DNA from: an uncultured delta proteobacterium
GTDB lineage: Bacteria; Myxococcota_A; Polyangia; Polyangiales; Polyangiaceae
Reading direction: 5' to 3'
Assembly (NCBI GenBank): GCA_963787925.1
Contig: CAWBEN010000005.1
Span: 265,651-329,650 of the forward strand
DNA: 64,000 nucleotides
Part shown: positions 34,716 to 44,561 of the stretch, piece by piece
How positions within the stretch are numbered: position 1 is the stretch's first letter
Layout: each line of letters opens with the position of its first letter
Position numbers and translations under genes: made by a program
Notes under the pieces: model-generated
What the model was told of the DNA's origin: nothing
Databases searched by the model: none
The model's input: only the letters and a program-made list of their open reading frames with translations

Positions 34716-37262
34716 TCAGAAGTAGAGCGCGACGGACCCGAGCAACGTCAAGGGGGGGGCGGCGACGTAATGCCGAGCCGTCGAGGCCAAGCTGGTGGCC
34801 GATTGGACGCTCCAGTTCGAGACGAAGACTTGCTCGTCGTCCGCGTAGTGCAACGCGAGCAGGTTGTAAGCGTCCACGCCGAGCTCGACGCCCCCGTAGC
34901 GGAGGCCGGCGCTGGCGTTGAGGACGTTGTTCGACTGGCCGGTGATCGTGTCGGTCAAATGGCGTCCTGCAAGGAACGTGTAGCCTACGCCGATGTGCCC
35001 GCTGAGCGGACGGCGTGCGATTTCCGTGAGCTTGCCGCGCGCGTTCAAGTCGGCGCGGAAAAGGATCGGCGGGATGTTGGGGACGTATTTCGAGAGCCCC
35101 ACGATCAGCGTGTCGAACGTGGCTGCGGTGACCGAAGCCGCCGTGGACAGGAGAAGCCATTCGAACGGTCTGGCCAAGACCGACGCCACGACGCCGCGGC
35201 GTACGCTTGCGCCCTCGGTAGTGAGCCCCCCCGAGGTCGCCTCGAACACGACCTCGTTCTCGACCCACGTCTCGAACGCCGAGATCGTCGCAGTGTAGCG
35301 TTCGCCGAACGCCTGAGCGCGTACGCCCGCCTCGACGGAGCGCACCTTCGAATAGGGCGCCGAGCCCTCCTGCAGGCCGGCCTGGGCTCCGGTCGCGCCG
35401 GCGTTCGAGCTCGCGTCGAGTGAGCGGAAGCCCTCTCCGTACGAGAGGACCGGTGATATCTCCGGCGTGAGGTCGTACGCGAGGGTGATCCGAGGACCCG
35501 CGGCTACGCCCTGAACGGCACGTCGAGATCCCGGAAGCGCCCCGGCTGGCGAAAGGCCCGCGGGCGAAACGTTCGTCAGGCGATCGTTGACCGACACGCC
35601 GAGCACGTCGGCGCGCACCCCGCCCGATAGACGGAGACGCCTCCAAAAACGCAGGTCTACGTCGGCGTACGCGCCGGCGTCGAGCGTGCTCAGTCCGTCG
35701 TCCACGCGGCGATCCCACGCTTGCAGATTGTTGGGATCGAGCAGGCTCTTGGTCTGCTCGGTGTGCCCGACACGAAGGTAGACACCGGGCTCCGCGGTCG
35801 CCTCGAGCCACGCGGTGACCCTCTTCGGCTCCGAGTGGAAGCGCGATGTGACGCCTGCCGCGGTCTCGGCGTTCGTCGTCTCCCACAAATCGCCGAGCCC
35901 CGCGAACATCGGATTGATCTGCGAGGCGTAGATGTTGCCGCTGAAGTTCTGCCTCGCGCGAAAATCGGTCCACATGACCCAGGACGTCAGCTCGAAGCGC
36001 GCACCTCCCGGCGTCACGTGATCGAAGTCGGCCCCGAAGAGGACGCGCGACGACTGCACGCCCTGTCCTTGCGCGTAGCGCGGGTAGCTGTCGTAAAGGC
36101 CGATGCGCCCGGCGTCCACGTCGTCCGCACGGACGACCCCCGGGAGCGCGGCGCGGGCGCTGTACGCCGTGGTGAGAAGGCGCACGTGATCGCGGGTCCC
36201 GATGTCGAGGCCGTATTGCGCGTTGATGGTGCCGGATCGGGCGGCGCGGTTTGCGCCGAACCCATCGGTCGTGCGGAGAGCGAACGCGGCGAACGTCTCC
36301 TCGTCCGCCCCCTCTGGGGCCGCCACCCCGAGCACCCGCGCCTGGTTGAAAGAGCCGTAGCTCGTTTTGAGCTGGTAACCTCGCTTTTCTACGCCCGCGT
36401 CGAAGTAGGCGCTGCCGACGATGGCGGCGTCGCCCTGGCGCGGGTCGTACGGCCCCTCGAGGACGCGGATGCTGCGCACCACCTCGGGGAGAATGAAGTT
36501 CGCGTCGGCGTAGCCCTGCCCCTGGATATGCGTCGGAACGTTGATCGGCACATTGCCGATGCGCATCTCGATTCCGGCCCCGTGCTCGAGGTCGAAGCCA
36601 CGCAAGAAGACGTCGTTGCCGAGCCCCTCGCCGTCTTCGTGATCGACGAAGAAGCCCGGCGCGGCCGACAGCATCTCGGTGGTCTGTTGGCGCGGCGAAG
36701 CGTCCAACAGCTCGCGCTTGATGCGCACGTCGCCGAGCCCGCGCGGAGAGGACCAGCCGAGGCCACGTACCTGCACGACGCGCGCGTAGTCCTCGTCTTG
36801 CTCGTCGGTCGAAACGGGCTCCGCTTCCGGCAGCGGCGCCGGTGGCGAGGGCGGCGCCGGCGGGATTGGCGGCGCGAGCTGGGCTTCGCCCGGCTGCGGG
36901 CGAGCGGGGGGGTGAAAAACGACGACGTATTCTATCCGCGAACGGATGGAACGCCCGTCTCGCATCGTGGGACGGAAGACGGCGCCTTTGACCGCTTCGA
37001 CGGCCGCCGCGTCGAATGCGATCGAAGCGTCGGCCGGCAAGCGCCCGGCGACGACCGCCGACTCGACGTGGCCGGCGGCATCGACGACGAGCTGAAGAAC
37101 CACTTGGGCTTCGATGGCTGGGACGCCTTCGGGAAAAGGAGCATCGATCGGGGCCTCGGGCTCGGCGGCCACAACCTGCGCGTTCACGGCGGCGGACGCC
37201 GTCTGGAGCGCAAGGCCGGAAAGCGCGGCGGCAAGGCGGCTCCCCCAGCGGGCCCGCGTCAC
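34716..37262 (-). CDS. TonB-dependent receptor with N-terminal TonB_C-like domain
   Basis: 848 aa. Signal, then VVLQLVVDAAGHVESAVV...AAVEAVKGAVFRPTMRDGRSIRSRIEYVVVF (TonB C-terminal-like). Plug region: DVFLRGFDLEHGAGIEMRIGNVPIN...IRVLEGPYDPRQGD. A long barrel ends ...GSVALYF. Confidence 0.85.
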   Translation of the reverse strand: MTRARWGSRLAAALSGLALQTASAAVNAQVVAAEPEAPIDAPFPEGVPAIEAQVVLQLVVDAAGHVESAVVAGRLPADASIAFDAAAVEAVKGAVFRPTMRDGRSIRSRIEYVVVFHPPARPQPGEAQLAPPIPPAPPSPPAPLPEAEPVSTDEQDEDYARVVQVRGLGWSSPRGLGDVRIKRELLDASPRQQTTEMLSAAPGFFVDHEDGEGLGNDVFLRGFDLEHGAGIEMRIGNVPINVPTHIQGQGYADANFILPEVVRSIRVLEGPYDPRQGDAAIVGSAYFDAGVEKRGYQLKTSYGSFNQARVLGVAAPEGADEETFAAFALRTTDGFGANRAARSGTINAQYGLDIGTRDHVRLLTTAYSARAALPGVVRADDVDAGRIGLYDSYPRYAQGQGVQSSRVLFGADFDHVTPGGARFELTSWVMWTDFRARQNFSGNIYASQINPMFAGLGDLWETTNAETAAGVTSRFHSEPKRVTAWLEATAEPGVYLRVGHTEQTKSLLDPNNLQAWDRRVDDGLSTLDAGAYADVDLRFWRRLRLSGGVRADVLGVSVNDRLTNVSPAGLSPAGALPGSRRAVQGVAAGPRITLAYDLTPEISPVLSYGEGFRSLDASSNAGATGAQAGLQEGSAPYSKVRSVEAGVRAQAFGERYTATISAFETWVENEVVFEATSGGLTTEGASVRRGVVASVLARPFEWLLLSTAASVTAATFDTLIVGLSKYVPNIPPILFRADLNARGKLTEIARRPLSGHIGVGYTFLAGRHLTDTITGQSNNVLNASAGLRYGGVELGVDAYNLLALHYADDEQVFVSNWSVQSATSLASTARHYVAAPPLTLLGSVALYF

Positions 37263-37798
37263 AGCAGCACGAACTGTCCGACCAAACCGGTCACCCCGCC
37301 GTCCTCGCTCGTCTGGGTGTCACCCGGCAGGTCCGAGACGAACGGGTACGTGCCCTCGTGGACCGGCGCGACGAGCACGGTCGTGGCGCTCTCGCCGGGC
37401 TGCAGCGGAGGAATGCCGGCATCCGCCGCGAAGCACGACTGTGCGGGGCAGCCGCTCGCGTTCGGTGTGGCGAGGCAACGGATGACGAAGTCATGGGGCT
37501 TCGTGCCGACGTTCGACATCGTCAGTGTCACGACGGTGGCGTTCTCGACCGTGATGTTGGGCTCTCCTGGGCCGCCTTCGGCGGCGCCCACCGTGAACGC
37601 CGTGTCGCTCACCGTAAGGTCAATGACCTGCTTGCCACCGCTGATTCCGTTCTGATCGGCCAAGCAAGGGTTTCCGCTCGGGCTGCTGGTGCACGCTGCC
37701 GACCCGAAAAACAACGCCCAGGACGTTCCTGCCAGGCCGACTCTCCATCGCCACGCGCCGGCGGAGCCCCGCACGAACGCCTCGTCCACGCTGCGCAT
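37259..37798 (-). CDS. Cupredoxin-fold-like lipoprotein lacking the canonical Cu ligands
   Basis: 179 aa. Lipobox FFGSAAC. NATVVTLTMSNVGTKPHDFVI and HEGTYPFVSDLPGD...GVTGLVGQFVLL resemble plastocyanin/azurin-like strands. The stop overlaps the TBDR start (ATGA). Confidence 0.5.
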   Translation of the reverse strand: MRSVDEAFVRGSAGAWRWRVGLAGTSWALFFGSAACTSSPSGNPCLADQNGISGGKQVIDLTVSDTAFTVGAAEGGPGEPNITVENATVVTLTMSNVGTKPHDFVIRCLATPNASGCPAQSCFAADAGIPPLQPGESATTVLVAPVHEGTYPFVSDLPGDTQTSEDGGVTGLVGQFVLL

Positions 37799-38085
37799 GC
37801 AGCAAAGCTAGTCCGACGGCGCTCGCACCGCCTATCCAATATTTGCCGGAGGCTCTGCGCGCGACGCGCCGTCCGTCATGTCGCCCCGGGCCCGCCGAGT
37901 GTGTCCTGCCAAAGCGCCCCACACGGGCGTCGCGAGCCTCGACGCGCCGCGGGGAGGGCAGGCTCGCGCGTCATGCCGGCCGCATCGCAGACCATCGTCT
38001 CCGACGCGGCGCGGCTCGGCGCGGCGCGACCGGTCCGCGGGCTCACGATGCGCCCGCAGAAGGTCGCCTCCAATCCCTCAAGGGC

Positions 38086-39273
38086 TCAGTGGCAATGTTC
38101 GACGAGCGTCTGCAGCGCGTTCGCCCCATCGAAGGCGCCGACCGCCCAGACATCCGTGCCGCCCACCAGAGTAACCCCTCCGAGAACGCTATCGCCCGTG
38201 GTGCTCGGGCTCGGGCTGGGCACGCGGGACCAGCCCGAGTCGCCGCCTGCCAAGACGAGCGTCTCCATGTTTCCCGCGGGATCCAGAAAAGAGCCGACCG
38301 CCCAGCCCAGGTTGGCCGTGTCCAGCGCGATGCCGTAGAGATGGTTGTCGCCCGTACCGACGCTCGGCGCGGAGACAATCCGCCACTGACTATTTCCGGA
38401 CTCGACCAGCGCGCGAGAGCCGGAACGATTGTTGTGCGCGTCTCCGACGGCTTGCGCGTTCGACGAGGACGAGAAGGACGCGACCGCGAAGAGGTTCGTC
38501 GAGAGCGCGCCGTCGCTCGGCGCAGTCACGTCCGACCAGGCCGTGCCGTTCCAGTGGAGAATGAGCGCGCCGTCCGGCGCTTTCGAGCCAACTTGGCCGC
38601 CCACTGCCCACACGTCGTTGGCCGATACCGCGGCGACCCCGAAGAGCTGGTTTCCAAACGAGCCAGGGTCTGGGCTCGGAACGACCGACCAGGCGCCACC
38701 AGAATAGTGCTCCGTCAGCGTATGGAACTGCCCCGAGCTGTCCCGTTGGAAGCCCACCGCCCAGACGTCGCTACTGGAAATCGCCGAGATGGCGCTGAGC
38801 TCGTCGGAGATGCCGGCATGCGGGTGGTCGATGACCTGCCATTGATGGCCGTCGAATCGCTCGATGAGACTCTGCGGGGAAAACGTCTGGTCGTCGATGT
38901 AAAATCCGACCGCGACCGGCCTCCCGGGGATGGCCGCCACGCTGTTCAGTGAGTTCGCTTGCGTCCCGACATTGGGGCTCGGAAACACAGTCCAACGGGT
39001 TCCGTTGTAGTGCTGGATCAGCGTGTTGGTGATGTCAGGATTGGAGTCTGGAACGAGAGAGCCGACGGCCCAGATATTTCCTGGCGAGTCGCCGTCGACC
39101 GACGACAGCGAGTTGTCCGACATTCCCACGTTCGGACTGGGGACGACGGTCCACTTGCAAGTGCGTGAAAGGTCGACGGACGTGGTGCCCAACGAAGGAT
39201 CTTCGACTCCGCCACTGCAAGCGAGGGAGGCGACCACGAGCCCGACGGGCACGGCAATTCGGATGAGTTTCAT
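38086..39273 (-). CDS. Beta-propeller repeat lipoprotein
   Basis: ORF 38086..39291. ATG 39273 is preceded by AGGAAAGG and gives MKLIRIAVPVGLVVASLAC. About 7 repeats of W..V.SP..G...N.L.GVAA.S..DVWAVG. Confidence 0.7.
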   Translation of the reverse strand: MKLIRIAVPVGLVVASLACSGGVEDPSLGTTSVDLSRTCKWTVVPSPNVGMSDNSLSSVDGDSPGNIWAVGSLVPDSNPDITNTLIQHYNGTRWTVFPSPNVGTQANSLNSVAAIPGRPVAVGFYIDDQTFSPQSLIERFDGHQWQVIDHPHAGISDELSAISAISSSDVWAVGFQRDSSGQFHTLTEHYSGGAWSVVPSPDPGSFGNQLFGVAAVSANDVWAVGGQVGSKAPDGALILHWNGTAWSDVTAPSDGALSTNLFAVASFSSSSNAQAVGDAHNNRSGSRALVESGNSQWRIVSAPSVGTGDNHLYGIALDTANLGWAVGSFLDPAGNMETLVLAGGDSGWSRVPSPSPSTTGDSVLGGVTLVGGTDVWAVGAFDGANALQTLVEHCH

Positions 39274-39287
39274 GATGTCACCTTTCC

Positions 39288-40298
39288 TCATGGAGCCTTG
39301 AAGAGTGGCGCCATGGGCGTCACGTGAGCGGTGTCGCAGGTGTTGGCGATGCAGCCGAGCCCAAACGCCTTTTCGAAGGTCTGGAGCAGTGAATAGTGGT
39401 TGTAGGGAGTCGCGTCTTTGACCCCACGCGGGCCATGGCTAGTAATGACGATCGTGGCGACTTGTCCCGTACCGGGATTCGCGTCGCAGCAGCCCGAAAG
39501 GTCACCGTCGGCCCCCTCGTCCCAAGTGATGACCACGGCGTTGTTGCCGACCGTCCAGAACGGCGCGCTCGTGATTTCGTCGACGAGCTGCCCTGCGTAG
39601 GCATCGGCTGCGCCCACCAGAAAACTGTCATTGACCCCGCCAGGCGTCGCCGCGTCCACACAGAAGGGAGGCGCTCCGTGCATGTTGTGACACTGATCCG
39701 GAACGATGTACGAAAAGTTGGGCACCGTTGCCGTCAAGTCGCCCGAGAGCTCTTGAATGGGAACCATCTTTGCGAAGTCGGTCGCACTGTCTTGGACACT
39801 CTTGAAGTACGGGATTCCGTTGTGCTTCGCCGCATAGAGAGCGCTGTAGTCCGGGACGCCGTCGCAGCGGTCCGGAAAGCACGCACCGCGGAAACCCGGA
39901 TAAGGCATTCCTTGAAAATAGCCTTTCCAGCTGAGATGAGCGCCGTCGAGCTGGCTCATCAGGCTCGGCTTGTTGAGCGTGTGCGTGTAGTAGGGATTGT
40001 CATCGGAGATGCCAAAAAAATCGCCGCCGACCATCGCCACGTAATTTCCGGCGCTGGGCGACGCTTCGGTAAAAAACTTGGTCGCGAGGCCATACTTCTT
40101 GGCCAGCGCGTTGAGGTGTGGCGCCTTGGCGTTGCCGATGATTTGCGAGAAGCCGTGGTTCTCCTCGATGATGAGAAAAATGTGGTCGTACTTCGAAACC
40201 GCGGCCACTGCGGGTGCGGCGTCGGCCGTTTTGCGGGACACCGACAACGTGCTCGCAGCCAGTAGCGCGGGCAAGACTGCCCATTTGGTCCATTGCAT
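39288..40298 (-). CDS. Phosphoesterase family protein (PLC/AcpA-type), secreted
   Basis: 336 aa with a signal peptide. KYDHIFLIIEENHGFSQIIG, SPSAGNYVAMVGG, VPNFSYIVPDQCHNMH and VVITWDEG. Confidence 0.8.
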   Translation of the reverse strand: MQWTKWAVLPALLAASTLSVSRKTADAAPAVAAVSKYDHIFLIIEENHGFSQIIGNAKAPHLNALAKKYGLATKFFTEASPSAGNYVAMVGGDFFGISDDNPYYTHTLNKPSLMSQLDGAHLSWKGYFQGMPYPGFRGACFPDRCDGVPDYSALYAAKHNGIPYFKSVQDSATDFAKMVPIQELSGDLTATVPNFSYIVPDQCHNMHGAPPFCVDAATPGGVNDSFLVGAADAYAGQLVDEITSAPFWTVGNNAVVITWDEGADGDLSGCCDANPGTGQVATIVITSHGPRGVKDATPYNHYSLLQTFEKAFGLGCIANTCDTAHVTPMAPLFKAP

Positions 40299-40609
40299 GT
40301 GGATTGTCCTCGTTTCGTCCGTTTTGAAGTTGCGGCGCGCTTGTGTGCGCGATGGCGCATTGCGCCGCGTCGATCTCGAAGCGACGAGCGTGAGCTCCCG
40401 CGTCGCGTCGAAGCCCTTCGGTGCTGCACTTCGGCCCGCTTCGGTTCCTTCCCTGCGTGGTGGACGTCTCGCGGGCTAGTAACCGACCCGCATTGAAACG
40501 AGGCAACGGTCGGGTGTCTTGTGCGCGAACATACAAAAGAAGTACGACCCGAACCCCCCAGCGCCCCGGTTGTCGTTCAGTCCCACCCGAGAAGGAGGAG
40601 ACCAGTCAA

Positions 40610-41614
40610 TCAAGGGAACGTCGAAAAGAGATCGCTCAAATCGTTGACGCCGGGGTCGCCTGCGTGGTGCAGCAGCGGCATGACGCCGAATATCTCTTGC
40701 ACCGTCTTCACCAACGAGCTGTGATCGTAGTGGATGGCGTTCGAATAGCCGGCCTTGGCGTGTGGCGACAGCACGAACATTCCGATCGGACCGTCTCCGC
40801 CGTCCGCCTCGTCCCAGGTGACGAAGATGGCGCCACCGTCCTGATAAACCGGCGACGCGGTGATCGATGATAGAGTGGTCTCGAGCCACGCGTCGCCTAC
40901 CTGCACGGCGCAATCGTGCATGTCGTTGCACAGATTGGGCGTGATGAAGTTGTAACGGGCGACCGTGCCCCGCGCGAGATCAGGCTCGAACTCGGTGAAG
41001 GGACGGATGTGCGCGATGCAGTAGGGGTCGGCGGGATTGTTATGCCCCGTCACGTCGGAAAAGAAGACGAACGGGTCGTGCTTCGGTCCGTACTGGGCGA
41101 TCTGGGTCAGCGGGCAAACGCTCCCGTCGATGTCTTCTTGATACGCCTTCCAGGCGATCCCGGCCTTGTCGAGATAAGCGGTGAGATGATCGGGAGTGGT
41201 CAGCGTATGAAAGCTGGGGTCGTTGTCGTCGCCGATTCCCAAGGAGTCACCGGCTTCGAGCCAGATATAGTTCGGCTCGCTGGGATGATTCCGCGGTGGG
41301 TTGTAATATTGCGAGGCAGTGGCCGATATCGAAAAGAGTCTTTGGCTGATGTAGGGCGCCGCCGTGTTGGTCGCAAGCTGCGCGATGCTCTTGTTCTCCA
41401 TCAAAATGACGAAGACGGTCTTGATGAATGGCCCGGTGGCGCTGTCGGGCGGACCGCTCTCGGCCGCGGCCGCGTCGTCATCGGGCCCAGCCTCGGAAGC
41501 GCCGACATCGGGCGACTGAGCGTCCGTCGCGCAACTGGTTGCGGGCGGGTTGCTGCTGCTGCAGGCCAGCCCTAGCCCCCCCAGCGCCAAGGAGAATGCG
41601 GCACGCTTTAACAT
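40610..41614 (-). CDS. Phosphoesterase family lipoprotein (paralogue of 39288..40298)
   Basis: 334 aa. Lipobox LGLACSS. KTVFVILMENKS, HPSEPNYIWLEAGD, YNFITPNLCNDMH and IFVTWDEADGG. Confidence 0.8.
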   Translation of the reverse strand: MLKRAAFSLALGGLGLACSSSNPPATSCATDAQSPDVGASEAGPDDDAAAAESGPPDSATGPFIKTVFVILMENKSIAQLATNTAAPYISQRLFSISATASQYYNPPRNHPSEPNYIWLEAGDSLGIGDDNDPSFHTLTTPDHLTAYLDKAGIAWKAYQEDIDGSVCPLTQIAQYGPKHDPFVFFSDVTGHNNPADPYCIAHIRPFTEFEPDLARGTVARYNFITPNLCNDMHDCAVQVGDAWLETTLSSITASPVYQDGGAIFVTWDEADGGDGPIGMFVLSPHAKAGYSNAIHYDHSSLVKTVQEIFGVMPLLHHAGDPGVNDLSDLFSTFP

Positions 41615-41693
41615 CGACGGTCCTCTCCCGTCCGCGAAGGCCCAAACGCAACGCTAGAAGCAGCGCGTGGGCCTCGGCGGACGACCGGTGGGC

Positions 41694-42908
41694 TTACTGG
41701 TGGCGCAAGATCGTGCCGAGATCGCCGACGGCCCAGACGTCCTTGGACGTCCCGCCTTTGACGGGCCATACGTCGGAAAGCGCGTTCTGCGTGCCACTCG
41801 GCGAGCTGCTCCACGCCGTTCCGTTGTAATGGAACATCGCGCCGACGTCTCCAGCGATCCAGATGTCGTTGGCCGCGAGGCCGCGGATACCGTTGATGTC
41901 GGCCGTGGCGGCGATGGCGACCGGCGACCACGTCGTGCCGTTCCAGTGAAGGAGAGTCGGAGCGTTGGCGATGGAATCGTACTTGCCCGTGGCCCAGACG
42001 TCCGTCGCGCTGCTCCCCCAGAGCGCCCCGATGTTCTGGACGGTCCCGGTGTTGGCCGTCGTCCAGTTCGTCCCATTGTAGTGGGAAATGTAGCCCATGT
42101 CCCCGGCAATCCAGACGTCGTTCTTGGCGAGCCCCCAGACCCACGCGATGTTGGTCGTGATGCCCCCTGCGCCTGAATCGCTGGCGCCGGAATCGCTCGC
42201 GGTGGCGCCGGCGTCGATGCCGGCTTCCGTCGCCGCGTCGATGCCCGCATCCGCCACCGTGCTCGCGTCGCCGCTAGCGCCCGCGTCGGTTGCCGCCACG
42301 GCGCCGCCCGAGAGAGAGACGGTATGCCATGCCGTACCGTCCCAGTGCATCACGATGCCGACGTCTCCGACAATCCATGCATCATTGGAGGCGCTCCCCC
42401 AAACGGAGCTCAGCGGCGCGGTCGTTCCGGACGCGACCGTGGACCAGGTGGTCCCATCGTAGTGGAGGATCGTGCCTATGGCGCCGACCACCCATATGTC
42501 CGTTCCGCTCGAGCCCCAGATGCCCCCGAGCTTACCCACGCCATGCATGGACGTGGTCCATGCGGTGCCATTCCAATGAAGGATCACCCCGCCGTCGCCA
42601 GTCACCCAAATGTCGTTCGCATTGTTTGCCCAGATGTTGTTCAGCGAAATCAAGTTTGGCGGCGTCGGCTGGTAGCACCAATCGGCCGTGCATGTGCCCG
42701 GCCCCCCTTCGACGACGCCCGTGTCGGGCCCGCTTCCGTCGGCCACGCTGCTGCCGTCACGACCGGGCGCTCCGGTATCGGTCGTCGCCGTGGTTCCATC
42801 GCCGCCGGCCTCGCGGGCCGAACCGCCGTCACCGGGCGTCGAATCGTCGGAGCTCCCGCACCCGAGAAAGAAGACAGTCGAGAAGAAGACGAGTTGGCTG
42901 CGCTTCAT
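41694..42908 (-). CDS. Beta-propeller repeat lipoprotein with low-complexity Asp/Ala/Gly insert
   Basis: ORF 41694..42944. ATG 42908 gives MKRSQLVFFSTVFFLGCGSS. Repeats of the type NDIWVTGDGGVILHWNGTAWTT. Confidence 0.7.
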   Translation of the reverse strand: MKRSQLVFFSTVFFLGCGSSDDSTPGDGGSAREAGGDGTTATTDTGAPGRDGSSVADGSGPDTGVVEGGPGTCTADWCYQPTPPNLISLNNIWANNANDIWVTGDGGVILHWNGTAWTTSMHGVGKLGGIWGSSGTDIWVVGAIGTILHYDGTTWSTVASGTTAPLSSVWGSASNDAWIVGDVGIVMHWDGTAWHTVSLSGGAVAATDAGASGDASTVADAGIDAATEAGIDAGATASDSGASDSGAGGITTNIAWVWGLAKNDVWIAGDMGYISHYNGTNWTTANTGTVQNIGALWGSSATDVWATGKYDSIANAPTLLHWNGTTWSPVAIAATADINGIRGLAANDIWIAGDVGAMFHYNGTAWSSSPSGTQNALSDVWPVKGGTSKDVWAVGDLGTILRHQ

Positions 42909-43119
42909 GGTTGGCGTTCCCTGCTTTTTGCTGGTCTGGGTCAACCGCCGTCAGGGCGGACGTCCGGAGAGTCTGGCGAGTAGGTAGTAACCCCTGCCCG
43001 CCCGAATCAGGCACCTACGGCGTACGATTCTCGACCGCGCCCCACGTCGGCGCGCTGCTTGCTCACCCTTCGGATCGGTGACACCTATACGCCAGCGCGT
43101 CGCTTCGTGCGCCATCTCA

Positions 43120-43791
43120 ATGCGGGCACAATCGGCCTTGGTCGTCGTCATCGCGCTTTCCGCGTGCGCGAATGGTCAGATCGACCTCTTTCCTGACCCG
43201 CTCGACGGCGGGAAGGCGGACGAGGCGGGCTCGGATCAGGCCGCAGAGGCGATGGTCTCGGTCGAGCGCGTGGTCGACGCCGACGTCAATCAGGCTTCCG
43301 ACGACGCGAGCGGCAGCTCCGCCTTGGACGCGAACACGGATGGATCTGCCGATGGGCCGGGCCCGATAGAGGGCGGCGAGGCGGGCGGGTGCAGCTCCGA
43401 CAACGACTGCGGGGACTCCGGAACCCTGCACTGCGACAGTCGAAACGTCTGTGTGCGATGCGTGCTCGACTCGCACTGCGCCGGGCAAGCGGAGTCGAAG
43501 TGCAATCGCTTTTCCGAGAAATGTGCGGCCCCGTGCGCGAAGACGAGTGACTGCAAATCAGGCAACTTCTGCGACACGAGCCAAGGCGCTTGCGTGGACT
43601 GCCTGACCGACACGCAATGCGCGGGGAAGAGCAAGCCAAAGTGCGATAGCCACGAAGAGTGCGTTCAATGCTTGACCCGCGCCGACTGCCCGACCCCCAT
43701 GCAGTGCTGGCAAACGACGTGTGTGGCGTGCATCTACGCGACCGATTGCACCGGCGGCATCGTGTGCTCCGCCAGCCACGAGTGCAACTGA
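43120..43791 (+). CDS. Cys-rich repeat lipoprotein (myxobacterial C-x-x-D-C type repeats)
   Basis: ORF 43078..43791. ATG 43120 gives MRAQSALVVVIALSAC. About 6 repeats such as CSSDNDCGDSGTLHCDSRNVCVRC and CLTDTQCAGKSKPKCDSHEECVQC. Confidence 0.65.
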   Translation: MRAQSALVVVIALSACANGQIDLFPDPLDGGKADEAGSDQAAEAMVSVERVVDADVNQASDDASGSSALDANTDGSADGPGPIEGGEAGGCSSDNDCGDSGTLHCDSRNVCVRCVLDSHCAGQAESKCNRFSEKCAAPCAKTSDCKSGNFCDTSQGACVDCLTDTQCAGKSKPKCDSHEECVQCLTRADCPTPMQCWQTTCVACIYATDCTGGIVCSASHECN

Positions 43792-43972
43792 ACGTCGCAG
43801 CGCTCGTGCGCCCGGGGCCACGGCTCGGCTCCGAAAAAGCACGGCCCGTGCCTGGCTACCGTCCGAACGGTTACAGACCCTCCGAAGGACGCGATCTCAT
43901 TTGGCCCCCTCGCACCGCATCCCCAAAGAAAACCGCTGGCTGCGGCTGGCTCCGTCCGAGCCGAAAGCGACC

Positions 43973-44557
43973 GTGGACGACGAATCGATTATCGACGCCG
44001 TCATCCGCGGCGACGTACGGCGCGCTGGCGAGCTTCATGACAGGCTGATCTCCGCGATCGAGGCCACCCTTTTTCGAGTGCTGGGCAAGCGCGAGGCCGA
44101 TCACGACGATCTGGTGCAAGCCACGTTCGAACAAGTGGTGGTCACGCTGATGCGCGGGCGCTTCTCGCGGGGCTGCAGCTTGTCGACCTGGGCCTCTTCC
44201 GTCGCGGCGCACGTGGCGTTCAACGCGCTGCGGTCCCGCCGCCGCGCGCGTCGCGTCTTCGATCCCGTCGAGCTGTCCGATGTCGCCGACCGGCAAACCG
44301 TGGGCGATCCCGAGCGCGACTTGGGCGTACGCGAGCAGATTCAAGCGGTGCAGGGCCATTTGACCGCCATGCCAGCAGACCGGGCGATGGTGCTGCTGCT
44401 TCACGACGTTCTTGGTAACGAGCTCGCCGAAATTGCGGCCACTCTCGGCATTTCCGTCGCGGCGGCGCAATCGCGCCTCGTTCGTGGAAGACGCGATCTT
44501 ACGAAGAGGTTAGGCCATGCCGTCGAGTCGCAGCGAGAGGGATCCGACCGTGCTTAG
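43973..44557 (+). CDS. ECF (sigma-70 family group IV) sigma factor
   Basis: ORF 43721..44557; in-frame GTG 43973. Region 2: DHDDLVQATFEQVV...STWASSVAAHVAFNALR. Region 4: LLLHDVLGNELAEIAATLGISVAAAQSRLVRGRRDL. Confidence 0.8.
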   Translation: MDDESIIDAVIRGDVRRAGELHDRLISAIEATLFRVLGKREADHDDLVQATFEQVVVTLMRGRFSRGCSLSTWASSVAAHVAFNALRSRRRARRVFDPVELSDVADRQTVGDPERDLGVREQIQAVQGHLTAMPADRAMVLLLHDVLGNELAEIAATLGISVAAAQSRLVRGRRDLTKRLGHAVESQREGSDRA

Positions 44558-44561
44558 TCAA

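Noticed and set aside
35721-37655. 644-aa + strand ORF opposite the TonB-dependent receptor (similarly 53895..56006 +, 17139..18374 -, 18642..19949 -, 21113..22372 -, 25546..26802 +)
   Set aside because: All are Arg/Asp/Gly-rich mirror ORFs of strongly supported genes on the other strand or in another frame. None has recognisable motifs.
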